64,000 bases of DNA from a virus, in the IMG/VR virus record IMGVR_UViG_3300022562_001814, positions 64,001 to 128,000 of that record; one strand, written 5' to 3'. The notes beneath the pieces are model-generated. The model was not told the origin of the DNA. It saw only the letters and a list, made by a program, of their open reading frames with translations, and searched no databases. Numbering within the stretch: the first letter of the stretch is position 1; the number at the start of each line of letters is the position of its first letter. The position numbers were made by a program, and so were the translations under genes. Below, in pieces: positions 19,776-30,434 of the stretch.

Positions 19776-21398
19776 ATGTCTCACGCCACTACATTTGTAC
19801 CAGGAATTGGACGTTTCGCCCTCGACCGCTACGATTTCAAAAATCATGTTGATGGGTATAACACAAATCATAATGCTGATGATATTACTATTATTCCCAG
19901 TATTTATATTAGTGATGTTGAACAAACTGATGTATATAGTGCTATTAGCTCAATTAGTGATGAATTAACTATTATCGGATTATCTGGTAAGGGATTTATT
20001 ACTGTTGGCGACGGTTATGATACTTATCGTAAATCCAATCAAGAAGAATTAGATTATGATATTAATGCTCCTTACGATTCAAGCGTTCCTGCCTTCAATA
20101 CATATTTAGATAATTTATTAAATATTAGTGATCCATCTGATCCTGATTATAATAATTTACATCCTCGTATTAGATCTGGTGGAGTTGTACTCATTAAAGC
20201 AGGTACTTATAAATTTACTGGAAGTGTAAATGTGCCTACGGGTATGATTTTGATGGGAGAAGGATACGGTACTAAAATTGTTAATCAAATGGTATCGCCG
20301 GCGCCCTTATTTATAATAAAAGCAGATAGTACTAGAGTGCCTGATAGTGGGGTTGATTCAACGCTACCATTTATATTTGCAAAAGAAACTATATTTATTA
20401 ATTTAACTATTGCAGATAATTTTTTGGAACCAAAATTTTTGGGCGATACTTCATATAAGTTACCTATTAATAATGATTCGGTGTATCCATTAATTTCTTT
20501 AGAAGAGGGGGCTAGCTTATCTTGTGAAAACGTAAGAATAATGGGGAAAACCGTTTATAGTGTTGGCGTAATTAGTGATATAAGCTCATTTGCTATTAAG
20601 ACAGATTCAACGTTGCCAGTAACTAGTGGTACTAGATTAAAAATTTTAAATTCTTCAATAGATGGTTTTGCTGTACCTATTCAATTTACAGCATCGGGCG
20701 GTGCGGGATCTGGTTATAAAGATAGTTTAATTGTTAATAATAATTTAATAAGAGGTTATGGATTTTTAAATAGTGATTTTGTTACAGCCAGTAATAATAC
20801 TATTATAAAGATAAATGCTTGTAATGCCAATATTAATAATAATTATTTTATGGGATATGATAGCACCGTATCGTCTTTAATTTATATTAATAATCCTACA
20901 ATTCCTCTTTTACAATCATTAAGTAAAGTTAATATTTCTAATAATAATATAGTTATTAAGCCTGGTGATAATTCTGTAAATACTACATTTGAATTAGTTA
21001 AATATAATAATACGGTATCTCCTAATAGATCTGATTTTTATGTATCTGTTATTAAAACTGGAAATCAATTTAATGGGGTATTAGAAACAAATTTAAAAGT
21101 ATTAAAAATAACAGCTTCTTCTCCAACTGCTTATTTATTTTTAGACTCTAATACTGCCGAATTTTTACTGTTAGTAGATACTACATCTATTGCTCCTACT
21201 ATATTTTTACCACCACATTTGGCTGGTAGAAAAGTTACTGTAAAAGATATTGCAGATAATGCTAGTAATAATAATATTACGTTAGCCAGAAATGGTAGTA
21301 CTGGTAATATTGAAAATTACGCTGGAAGTTTTGTTATGGAAAATGATTCTCAAAGCGCTATATTAGTAAGTGATGGAACTAATTGGTGGTTTGTATAA
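19776..21398 (+). CDS. tail fibre/spike protein with pectate-lyase-like beta-helix
   Basis: GGVVLIKAGTY..V.VP..MILMGEG beta-helix cap, Asn-ladder repeats; C-terminal VDTT..TIFLP..VTVKD..LVSDGTNW fibre module; start reassigned to ATG 19776. Confidence 0.7.
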   Translation: MSHATTFVPGIGRFALDRYDFKNHVDGYNTNHNADDITIIPSIYISDVEQTDVYSAISSISDELTIIGLSGKGFITVGDGYDTYRKSNQEELDYDINAPYDSSVPAFNTYLDNLLNISDPSDPDYNNLHPRIRSGGVVLIKAGTYKFTGSVNVPTGMILMGEGYGTKIVNQMVSPAPLFIIKADSTRVPDSGVDSTLPFIFAKETIFINLTIADNFLEPKFLGDTSYKLPINNDSVYPLISLEEGASLSCENVRIMGKTVYSVGVISDISSFAIKTDSTLPVTSGTRLKILNSSIDGFAVPIQFTASGGAGSGYKDSLIVNNNLIRGYGFLNSDFVTASNNTIIKINACNANINNNYFMGYDSTVSSLIYINNPTIPLLQSLSKVNISNNNIVIKPGDNSVNTTFELVKYNNTVSPNRSDFYVSVIKTGNQFNGVLETNLKVLKITASSPTAYLFLDSNTAEFLLLVDTTSIAPTIFLPPHLAGRKVTVKDIADNASNNNITLARNGSTGNIENYAGSFVMENDSQSAILVSDGTNWWFV

Positions 21399-21407
21399 GG
21401 ATATTAG

Positions 21408-22286
21408 ATGGCTCGATTATATAAAAAAGTATATCCTGATGGTGGTGCAATGTATAATTGGACAGTTCCAGCAGGTGTAAAAGATATTGAAATATATGCT
21501 ATGGGCGGTGGCGGTGGCGGAGGTGGCGGCTCTGCAGGCAGCCCCGGTGTACTTGGTTCTAATATACCCGGGGGTGGCGGAGGAGGGGGCGCTACAGCGT
21601 CTATAATTAAATTATCTGTTACGCCAGGGACGGCATTTGTCATATATGTTGGAAGCGGTGGCGGAGGTGGGGCTGGAGGAATAACTGGAGGTACAGAAGA
21701 TGGTTCAGATGGTAATGATGGAGAAGCGTCTGTATTTGATTATGGTGGTTCTAATCCGATATATTTTTATGGTGGAACAGGTGGTCCGGGAGGAGTTCAA
21801 TTCTCCGGAACAGATAATAGATATGGTGGTTCAAGTTTAAAATCATCCTATGCTCAACAAATAGTAGATCATGATAATATGGACGCCCCTTTGCCGTATG
21901 GTTTTTCAAATCAACCCGGCGATGGTGGTATGAGCGGATTAAGCGCTTCTTCTGAATGGCCGGTTACCGGGGGTTCTTGGCATTTTATATCTAGTTCATC
22001 TAATACCCCAGGAAATGCAGGTGTTGATGGTACTAGAGGCTCCGGCGGCGGCGGTGGCGGAATATCTAATTTTCCGGGCTCTTCTGGAGGTAATGGTGGT
22101 ACTGGTGGAGATTTAGGCGGCGGCGGACCTGATCCGGGTACAGCTGGTACAAATGGCGGAGTCGGCACATTGGGAGGAGGTGGCGGCGGTGGCGGCGGTG
22201 GCGGCAACGGAGCTAGTATTTCTAGTAATGGCGGAGATGGTGATGGGGGTGGTGACGGTAGAGTAATTATTAGTTATTTTATTTAA
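21408..22286 (+). CDS. glycine-rich protein (polyglycine adhesin-like)
   Basis: WTVPAGV..IEIYAMGGGGGGG start, many G-runs, ends GGDGRVIISY; follows fibre gene. Confidence 0.75.
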   Translation: MARLYKKVYPDGGAMYNWTVPAGVKDIEIYAMGGGGGGGGGSAGSPGVLGSNIPGGGGGGGATASIIKLSVTPGTAFVIYVGSGGGGGAGGITGGTEDGSDGNDGEASVFDYGGSNPIYFYGGTGGPGGVQFSGTDNRYGGSSLKSSYAQQIVDHDNMDAPLPYGFSNQPGDGGMSGLSASSEWPVTGGSWHFISSSSNTPGNAGVDGTRGSGGGGGGISNFPGSSGGNGGTGGDLGGGGPDPGTAGTNGGVGTLGGGGGGGGGGGNGASISSNGGDGDGGGDGRVIISYFI

Positions 22287-22317
22287 ATAATAATTAAAAT
22301 GATATATTAAAGGTACA

Positions 22318-22881
22318 ATGACAGAATTTTTATCTATTTTTTTAACTTGGCAATTTTTGGTACTTTGCGTAGGAATTGCGGCAATCACTTTTGTTATTAG
22401 AACAATAATAGAGTATTTCATTTTAAATAATCCTCGTATGCCCGGCAATAGTCAATCTAGATTTTGGAGAGATCTTGCTTTAGTTATTTTACCGATTGGT
22501 TTAGGTATTTTATTTGCTGTATTTGGCAAATCTTTTCCATATCCGGAAGCTATTTCAGAACCATATAGTAAATTTTTATTTAGTTCTTCGGCAGGATTAT
22601 TAAGTCCTACTTTATATAGAGTTATTAAGGCTTTATTTTGGAAACCAACCGGAATAGATTATAATCCTATACCTTATCCAGTTTATAATCCTCAAATTAA
22701 TCCTGTATATCCGGTAAATCCTACTCCAAATCCTTTTCCTATAAACCCATTTCCAAATAATTCGAATGGACCAGTTTTAAATAATAATTTTTCTTCTCCG
22801 CCATCTCCTCAACCCCCGGTTCATCCTTTATCTAAAACGGCAGATGATCCTTCTACAGATCCTATTGAGCCTAAAATTTAA
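22318..22881 (+). CDS. holin-like membrane protein with Pro/Asn-rich tail
   Basis: Three hydrophobic segments in the first ~110 aa, then PYPVYNPQINPVYPVNP low complexity. Confidence 0.55.
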   Translation: MTEFLSIFLTWQFLVLCVGIAAITFVIRTIIEYFILNNPRMPGNSQSRFWRDLALVILPIGLGILFAVFGKSFPYPEAISEPYSKFLFSSSAGLLSPTLYRVIKALFWKPTGIDYNPIPYPVYNPQINPVYPVNPTPNPFPINPFPNNSNGPVLNNNFSSPPSPQPPVHPLSKTADDPSTDPIEPKI

Positions 22882-22942
22882 TAAAATTAAATATTTATTT
22901 ACGGAACATAATTTTGCATTATTTGTATGAATAGGGTGTATT

Positions 22943-23860
22943 TTGTTTTACGTGTACATATATAGAAATAAAATAAATTATAAAATATATGTTGGTAAAA
23001 CTGGAAATTTGTCACAAAGAATGACAGATCATAAAAAAATGAGAGGAGACTGTCCTAAATTTCATAATGCTATTAAAAAATATGGAATAGATACATTTGA
23101 TATTTTTATTTTATGTAAATTTGATAAAGAAAACGAATGTTTAAATGCTGAAAAATATTATATAAATTATTTTAAATCGAATATTAATAAATTTGGTTAT
23201 AATTTAACTAATGGTGGTGATGGTGTTTCTGGATATAAGCATACAAAAGAAAGTAAACAAAAAATGTCATTAGCACTAAAAGGTAGAACAAGTCCAATGA
23301 AAGGAAAACATCACTCAAAAGAAACTATTATTAAATTATCTAATTCACATAAAGGAAAAAAAGGATACTGGAAAGATAAAAAATTATCCTATAATCATAA
23401 AAAAAAATTATCTAATTCGCATAAAGGATATATTATGCCAGATAAACAAAAAAAGATAATAAGTATTACCAATACAGGTAAAAAATGTAATTGGATCAAA
23501 CGCGGGGTAAATAATTATAATAGTAAACTTAATTTGGAAGATGTCTCTAAAATAAGAGAATTATATAAAACAAATAATTATACATATAAAGATATTGCCT
23601 ACCTATATAATATAGGACCGACAACCGTTTATCGTATAATTAAAAATATAAATTATATTAATAATGATTATTTTGAATCAAAAGAACATTCACAACATTT
23701 AAAATCTCAAAAAAAATTAAATATAAATCAAGTTATAGAGATAAAAAAATTATTACTTGATGGATTTAAAAATATTGAAATAGCTAAAAAATATAATGTT
23801 GATAGTTCATTAATTTCTGCTATAAAAATAGGTAGAATTTGGAAACATATTAAAGGTTAA
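22943..23860 (+). CDS. GIY-YIG homing endonuclease with NUMOD3 repeats and C-terminal HTH
   Basis: YVYIY..KIYVGKT, GYNLT.GGDG, KHTKESKQKMS, KLSNSHKG x2. Confidence 0.9.
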   Translation: MFYVYIYRNKINYKIYVGKTGNLSQRMTDHKKMRGDCPKFHNAIKKYGIDTFDIFILCKFDKENECLNAEKYYINYFKSNINKFGYNLTNGGDGVSGYKHTKESKQKMSLALKGRTSPMKGKHHSKETIIKLSNSHKGKKGYWKDKKLSYNHKKKLSNSHKGYIMPDKQKKIISITNTGKKCNWIKRGVNNYNSKLNLEDVSKIRELYKTNNYTYKDIAYLYNIGPTTVYRIIKNINYINNDYFESKEHSQHLKSQKKLNINQVIEIKKLLLDGFKNIEIAKKYNVDSSLISAIKIGRIWKHIKG

Positions 23861-23862
23861 TT

Positions 23863-26800
23863 ATGACAAAATTTCCATCAGCACTTGATACAGATTTAGA
23901 ATTACCACCCGTGTGGGACAACATAGTAGAAATTGGCGAAGAAGCAATAAATGCAGTACGATCAGCTATGTTTGCAGTTGAAGAAACGCTCGGGATCAAT
24001 CCACAAGGTAGCCTTTCATCAGTTGCAGATCGATTAAATGTTTCGTTAAATGCAGATGGTACTGTTAAGCCTTCTGCGATAGCTGGTTTAGGATTAGTTG
24101 TATTACCAATTACTAATGATCAAGTTTCGCCGACTGCAGCAATAGATGAATCTAAATTAAATCTTATTTATTCTACTTCATTTTTATATACTTTATTTGC
24201 AAATTTAGATGCAGCTGTTGATGTTTTAGAAGGATTTGTATCAACAACTGGTATTAAAGTAGAACCACATATTTCTGGCGCTGCTTTTAGACATAAATTG
24301 TCTCACATTGATATGAATTCTGGTACTTTGAATAAAGTAAATATTAGTACTGGTACTGTGATTTCTCGTGATTTAACAAATGCTTACACATTTGCTTCAG
24401 AATTATCTAATGATTTATTATCTCATACAAGAGCTGATAATTCAGGAAATACTACAACACCTCCAGCAAATCAAGCACACAATGCTTCTGGTATTTATAT
24501 AAATTCTTCTAATTTCGTCTCTGTTCCACAAACAGCTGATGATTTGCAAAGTTTTGCTGAATTCGTGGATAATTCCAGTTTAGTTTTATTGGGCAGTAGA
24601 ACACAAAATCTTTTTGGTAATGGTATACCTAGGGCTACACGTAATACTTCATTAATAAATGATACCGCCGCTGAAGCGATAGTAGATCCAACTCCAGCTA
24701 CAACTTATTTATTATTTAGTGCTGCTACTGCACCAGTAGATGATATTGAACACGGTGATAATGTAATTTTATTAAACCCTGGTTCAGAAGTATTAGCAAA
24801 TAATACTTTTGATGCTCAATTTTCACAAGTTAAACCAGGTGATTATATCACAATTAATTATGGTAATGGTACTGTTCCGGTACAATTTACAATTGATTCA
24901 ACCAAAAAGTTTTTAAATGGATCTACAAGAGTTTACTCTGTTAGAATAAATGGGAAAAATCTTTATGCATCCTCTGATGCAATAATTAGAATTGATCGTC
25001 CGTTCTTTCATAATTCAAAATATAATTCATTAGCATTAGCTGCTGCTAATAATAGTTTTTCTGAATTACCAAGTTTAATTATATCAAATCCGGGAGGGGC
25101 AACAGCGTTAGGTATTGGATTTGATCCGGATAAATTAGATCAAGGTCATTACAATTTATATTTGGCATTATATCCTACTGGTAATCCTGTAGAAAAAACT
25201 TTAGTATTACCAGCAATAGATGTTACCGGAGATACCGGAAATAATGTTGGCAGTTATAGTTTAGATGGTGTTGTTGAAACAATTAATAATAAATTTAGAC
25301 AGCCGGGATTTAATTTTAGATTTATCGCTTTTGCTTATCAAGGACAAATTGGTATTACTTTAGCTGACAGATATAATGATGCTAGTTTCTCAATTATTTC
25401 TGGTAATCCTGATGGTTATGGCGATTATACTGCATCATCTAATGCATCATTTCCAAATAATATAGTTGATAACTATAATGGAATTGATCCATTTGGATTT
25501 GGATTAAGCGGAGCCAATGTAGCTAGCCCACCATTTGCTATTAGTTATTCTACTCCCGCAACTGCATTGGCTGCTCCTACTGTAATATTTTCTCCATTAA
25601 GAAAAAACTTTTTCTATGTTGATGGTGTTGAACGTGATGATTTTGCTCTCGAAGTTAATACAATTAAAGACGGTTATGGCGATGGATACTGGGCAGCCAC
25701 TTTAATAACTAAACAGATTTTAGCTAATAGAGTAGAAGTTGCTTATGAAATTCCATTAGATTTATGTACATCCGGATTAAAAGTTGGTAAAACATTAGTT
25801 GTACAACCTGCGGTCGATATTGATAGTTCAAGTTATAATGCTGTAGATTATGGTAGATTTATAATTAGTAATATTGCTTTTAATAATTGTCCAGGACCCA
25901 CAAGTACTACAACTATTACTGTATATGATGCTATACATGGCACCGGAGTATCGCCTTATTTATCATCAATTAATTTACCAGTATTTATATATTTTTCAGA
26001 TGATTCTGTTTCATTTAATAAAGAACACGTTAGTGATCCAATTACAAATGTTTCATTTAAACGATTTTTTGAAGTATTTATTGATGCTAATGGAAAATCA
26101 TTTACTCATGAACGTGCGAGATTTAATACTAGCGGTAGTAATCTAACTGTTGATAGCATTAATTCATTTACTTTGTATAGTTCTGCAGAAATGGCAGCTA
26201 TTAATCTAGTTGATATTTCTCCAAAATTAAGAGGATATGCTTTTGGACAATATCGCAAAATATCTCTTATATTTAATAATTATAATGAAGTAAATGGAAC
26301 TTTTGATGGATATATGTGTAAGTTTGAATCACCATCCACATATACTCATATAGGACCAACATCTTCTGGTAAAAAAGGTGAAGTTGTAAGATTTTATGAT
26401 GATACTCATGTAGATTATATTGATGTGTCAATTTCTAGAAGTTCTGCTGTTTCAACATTTGCAAATAAACAAATAGATATTCAGCTTTTCCCATCATTAC
26501 AAGATAATAGAGAGAAAATAATTATTGGAACTTGTCAATTACAAGATACTAATAAACAAATTACTTATCTTAAAGATAAAAGACAGTTTGGCAATATAAC
26601 TGAACGTCAATTTTCCACCTCAGCGATTAATTATATTAATGCCCCTCAACGGCTATTAAATGAAAACGGTATTGTTAGAGGATTTGATCTTGTTTCATCA
26701 ACAACTTTAACAAATGATAATGAAATAAGCGTTCGTGGAGGTGCTGCCCTTATTGATGGTAAATTGCTAGATTTTAATGACGCTATACTTTCTATTCCTA

Positions 26801-28386
26801 TAGTGCGTGAAAGTTTATCTCCAGGATTTACAACTAACGTTGATACTATTAGATGGTATTTATGTATAAATTCTAGTGGAGAATTTGAATTTATAGCATC
26901 CACAGATTATGATACTTCTCTAACAGGTACATACGGTTCATTAACTCATGAACGTTTATTTTATGTAAAAAATCCGACCTTAGGTTCGGGGTCTGCTTAT
27001 CCAATTAGAGCAACTTATTTTAATAAATTATTATCTGATTTTAAAGATTTATTACCGCTTTATGTTGTTACAGCAACTGTTGGATTATCTACAACATGGA
27101 AAGTGACAAGTGCTACTATAAGCGATACCAGACGTTTTATTGAAAAAGGATATAACGGATTATCTCAACCATTTACATTGGGTAGACTAGCTTCATTTAG
27201 AACATTAGAATCTTTTCAAACATATATTAATGAATTAACTTCTTATATTTCTTTTGTTAATGATGGTAGAAGTATTTTTGGACAATCCGTTTATGTTAGA
27301 GATACGATGGATATTTCAGGAGCTACCTTCAATCACGCAGTTAAGATTAAATATATTGGTGATGGTGGAAAATTTACGTTTAGTTCGCCAGTAACTGTTA
27401 ATCAAAATACAGAATTTAATAATCTTAATATGACTATAAGTGATGGATATGGTATTAAAATTACAGGCAATGATGTAACAATAGATAGTTGTAATATCAC
27501 TTATAGTTATGATGCTACTAGCGATAGCGATTTTTCTTCTAGCCAATTAAGTAATTTAGGTAAAGCTTGTATATATGGTATAAGTTCTGATTTTACTAAT
27601 TCGAGAGGAAAAAATATCAGTATCAAAAATTGTAAATTTACTACCTCAGTGAGCAATCATTTTCCATTTATTGCATTACTTTTAAATGGACAAACTCATT
27701 ATTATGAAAATATCATTATAGAAAATAATCAAATTGAAAATTCAATTTCTAGTGATGATAAATTAGTAGCAATAGCTTTATCAAGCATGTATATATCTAC
27801 TCCTAGCACACAAACCGGCGCTAGATTGGTTAATTGTAGAATATCTAAAAATGTTTGTAATAAAAATCAATTAATTATAATGAGTGGTAGTGCAAATGGT
27901 TCAAGTAAAATTGCCAATATGCCTGTTCCAGTAAATGTAAGTATAGATAAAAATATTTGTGGAGCGATTTGTTACCTAACAAGACAAGATAGGGCGTTAA
28001 ATATTGCAAATACGACTACCATACTTGATAAAGATAATATGTTGTTAATTTCTCAAAATATGTGTAGATATATTTATTGTGGAACAAATAAAGGATTTAT
28101 TAATGTGGTAGGATCTTCTAATAGAGTATACGAAGGGGATGATTCGACTTGCGGTATTTTATCAGGATCTGACATTTACTCTAGCTCAGTAATAATTGAT
28201 AAGAATACTTGTTCGTGGATTCAAGTAGGAGTTAAAAATCCAACTTCTTACAGTTTTGAGACTCCTATTTTGGAAATTTCTAATAATAAAATAAACGCTT
28301 ATAATGCAACCTTTTTAGATGATTATCATTCTGTCATTTCTGCAAATAATATAGGGCTGATAGCTGATAGTATAGTTGGAACATAA
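23863..28386 (+). CDS. large virion structural protein (fibre/spike-like, C-terminal beta-helix)
   Basis: 1507 aa; MTKFPSALD..AVE..LG N-terminus typical of phage fibre anchors; C-terminal Asn/Cys ladder; 5 DGY. Confidence 0.7.
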   Translation: MTKFPSALDTDLELPPVWDNIVEIGEEAINAVRSAMFAVEETLGINPQGSLSSVADRLNVSLNADGTVKPSAIAGLGLVVLPITNDQVSPTAAIDESKLNLIYSTSFLYTLFANLDAAVDVLEGFVSTTGIKVEPHISGAAFRHKLSHIDMNSGTLNKVNISTGTVISRDLTNAYTFASELSNDLLSHTRADNSGNTTTPPANQAHNASGIYINSSNFVSVPQTADDLQSFAEFVDNSSLVLLGSRTQNLFGNGIPRATRNTSLINDTAAEAIVDPTPATTYLLFSAATAPVDDIEHGDNVILLNPGSEVLANNTFDAQFSQVKPGDYITINYGNGTVPVQFTIDSTKKFLNGSTRVYSVRINGKNLYASSDAIIRIDRPFFHNSKYNSLALAAANNSFSELPSLIISNPGGATALGIGFDPDKLDQGHYNLYLALYPTGNPVEKTLVLPAIDVTGDTGNNVGSYSLDGVVETINNKFRQPGFNFRFIAFAYQGQIGITLADRYNDASFSIISGNPDGYGDYTASSNASFPNNIVDNYNGIDPFGFGLSGANVASPPFAISYSTPATALAAPTVIFSPLRKNFFYVDGVERDDFALEVNTIKDGYGDGYWAATLITKQILANRVEVAYEIPLDLCTSGLKVGKTLVVQPAVDIDSSSYNAVDYGRFIISNIAFNNCPGPTSTTTITVYDAIHGTGVSPYLSSINLPVFIYFSDDSVSFNKEHVSDPITNVSFKRFFEVFIDANGKSFTHERARFNTSGSNLTVDSINSFTLYSSAEMAAINLVDISPKLRGYAFGQYRKISLIFNNYNEVNGTFDGYMCKFESPSTYTHIGPTSSGKKGEVVRFYDDTHVDYIDVSISRSSAVSTFANKQIDIQLFPSLQDNREKIIIGTCQLQDTNKQITYLKDKRQFGNITERQFSTSAINYINAPQRLLNENGIVRGFDLVSSTTLTNDNEISVRGGAALIDGKLLDFNDAILSIPIVRESLSPGFTTNVDTIRWYLCINSSGEFEFIASTDYDTSLTGTYGSLTHERLFYVKNPTLGSGSAYPIRATYFNKLLSDFKDLLPLYVVTATVGLSTTWKVTSATISDTRRFIEKGYNGLSQPFTLGRLASFRTLESFQTYINELTSYISFVNDGRSIFGQSVYVRDTMDISGATFNHAVKIKYIGDGGKFTFSSPVTVNQNTEFNNLNMTISDGYGIKITGNDVTIDSCNITYSYDATSDSDFSSSQLSNLGKACIYGISSDFTNSRGKNISIKNCKFTTSVSNHFPFIALLLNGQTHYYENIIIENNQIENSISSDDKLVAIALSSMYISTPSTQTGARLVNCRISKNVCNKNQLIIMSGSANGSSKIANMPVPVNVSIDKNICGAICYLTRQDRALNIANTTTILDKDNMLLISQNMCRYIYCGTNKGFINVVGSSNRVYEGDDSTCGILSGSDIYSSSVIIDKNTCSWIQVGVKNPTSYSFETPILEISNNKINAYNATFLDDYHSVISANNIGLIADSIVGT

Positions 28387-29399
28387 TGTCATTAGAAACT
28401 ACACTTGCAAATATAGTTATTAAAAATAACACTATTGATCAGGGGAAGTTTTCTGATGGAATATCGCCCGTATCGTATAATTATACTTATCATATGTGGG
28501 TTTTTGGTTCAGCAACAATTGATGGTAATGCTTTTGTGGGACCATCAATCAGTTCTGATATGCTTAATATAGATAATTGTAGTTGTATTATAACAAATAA
28601 TAAATTTATTAGAGGTAGTGTTAGTATAAATTCTTATATAAGGAATTATGGTAGTAATGAACAAAGTATAACTAATAATATATTTGATCAGCCAACAACT
28701 GATGGTACAACAGAAACTTTAGTACTTAATTTAACTGATACCTCTATATATGAGAGAAATAAAAATCAAACCAATACAATTATGGTTATGATGGAAGATC
28801 AAAATACTACAACATCACCTTGGTTTTGGGATACGTCCACAAATTATGATCATCATATTCTTGGTAGGGCTTCATCGCCACCAAGCTCTGGTGCAGCTTA
28901 TCTAATACAAGGCGGTCTAGTAAGTAATTCTGCAAATGTCGGTCCGTTAAGAAATGTTGCTTATTTTGTTAATCTTTCACGGGTATTACCCAAAAATGTT
29001 CACGTAATGAGCGCATTGATAGGATTTAAATACGATCAATTACAATCAAATATAGATCAAACCACCACATCAACATTATTATTAAGGTTATCAAAAACAT
29101 TAGCAACAAAGCCGCTAACTAATCCATTTAGCAGCCCTACATCTACAATGGCAAATATAGCAGCTGTATTTTCAGAAGGTAACTTAGAAAATTCCGCAGA
29201 TGTTTCCACAACAATAACAAACGGTAATTATAATACCACTAATTATTATTCTCTTACTAATGATTATTCAACTTCTTATATAAATAATCATATTACAGAT
29301 TTAATAATGATTTTTAGATATAATTTTGCTACAACAGCAAATGCTGGTACATCAAGTTATATATTATCACCGCTGCTCGTTAAATATAGGTGGGTATAA
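28386..29399 (+). CDS. beta-helix + C-terminal globular domain protein (paralog 1)
   Basis: IKNNTID..IDGNAF..ITNNKF..ITNNIFDQ repeats; ends SPLLVKYRWV; TAATG coupled. Confidence 0.7.
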   Translation: MSLETTLANIVIKNNTIDQGKFSDGISPVSYNYTYHMWVFGSATIDGNAFVGPSISSDMLNIDNCSCIITNNKFIRGSVSINSYIRNYGSNEQSITNNIFDQPTTDGTTETLVLNLTDTSIYERNKNQTNTIMVMMEDQNTTTSPWFWDTSTNYDHHILGRASSPPSSGAAYLIQGGLVSNSANVGPLRNVAYFVNLSRVLPKNVHVMSALIGFKYDQLQSNIDQTTTSTLLLRLSKTLATKPLTNPFSSPTSTMANIAAVFSEGNLENSADVSTTITNGNYNTTNYYSLTNDYSTSYINNHITDLIMIFRYNFATTANAGTSSYILSPLLVKYRWV

Positions 29400-30430
29400 T
29401 GGCTTTAACATCTTCTATAACGGCTATTAAAATAAATAATAATATTATTGATACTGGAAGTTTTTCTAATGGCATTTCTTCTACTAATTATACATATGAT
29501 TCATTATTGTCATTATATGGTAGTGCCAATATTAAAGGAAATACTTTTTCTGGATGTGTCGGCGGTAGTTCAGGATCTACTGATTTAATAACGGTGTATG
29601 ACGGTTCATGTAATTTTGTAGATAATATTTTTATAAGAGGGGCTGGTTCACCTGTTAATTCATATATTAATATGGTTGGCTCATATGATCAGATTATTAC
29701 TAACAATATATTTGATCAATTTACAACTGATGGTTCATCAGATGAATTAATATCTGGATTAACACAAGGATCTACATTTGTAAATAATAAAAACCAATCG
29801 ATTCTAATTGAAGTTCCGCTAACATCAGATATGATGATGTATAGTGATTCAAGTACTGGTGCAACATGGACGGGTACATATGGTTCTGTAAATTCAGTTT
29901 TTCCTGCAGAAGTTCCATATGTTACTAGCACTACAGGTCCTAATGGTGATTTTTTAACTATTGAAGATAGTGCAGGGGCAGTTACAAGAAGTTGGATTAA
30001 AAGATTTAATTTAGCTACTTTAATCCCCAGGGGTGCTAAAATTATTAATGCACAAGCCGGTACCGCTGCAATTGGCGGTGTTGCTTTAGTAAATGGTTCT
30101 AGTTTTTTTGGAATAAGATTAACAAGCCATAAAAAGATTGCTTTACAGGGTACGACCGGAACTATTTTAGATGTAATTGCAAACAGAGATACTGTCAATA
30201 ATTACGTACAACGAGACGCATATGCAAGTACAGCAATGGATGCTTTAACATATGCTACAACTTATGTTGCACTAGATACGACAAATTATTTATCTTCTGA
30301 TGTTTCTGAAGATTATCGAATGGGATATAATTATAATACCACATTAGAGTGGAAATTTTCATATACTAAAATAGATGGAAGTACAGTTGGTTATGTATTT
30401 TCGCCAGTTATAATTAAATATAGGTGGTAA
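29399..30430 (+). CDS. beta-helix + C-terminal globular domain protein (paralog 2)
   Basis: INNNIID..IKGNTF..ITNNIFDQ; ends SPVIIKYRW; start reassigned to TAATG-coupled ATG 29399. Confidence 0.7.
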   Translation: MALTSSITAIKINNNIIDTGSFSNGISSTNYTYDSLLSLYGSANIKGNTFSGCVGGSSGSTDLITVYDGSCNFVDNIFIRGAGSPVNSYINMVGSYDQIITNNIFDQFTTDGSSDELISGLTQGSTFVNNKNQSILIEVPLTSDMMMYSDSSTGATWTGTYGSVNSVFPAEVPYVTSTTGPNGDFLTIEDSAGAVTRSWIKRFNLATLIPRGAKIINAQAGTAAIGGVALVNGSSFFGIRLTSHKKIALQGTTGTILDVIANRDTVNNYVQRDAYASTAMDALTYATTYVALDTTNYLSSDVSEDYRMGYNYNTTLEWKFSYTKIDGSTVGYVFSPVIIKYRW

Positions 30431-30434
30431 ATTA

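Noticed and set aside
21404-22207. Poly-proline ORFs on the minus strand
   Set aside because: Simply the reverse complement of glycine codons in 21408..22286
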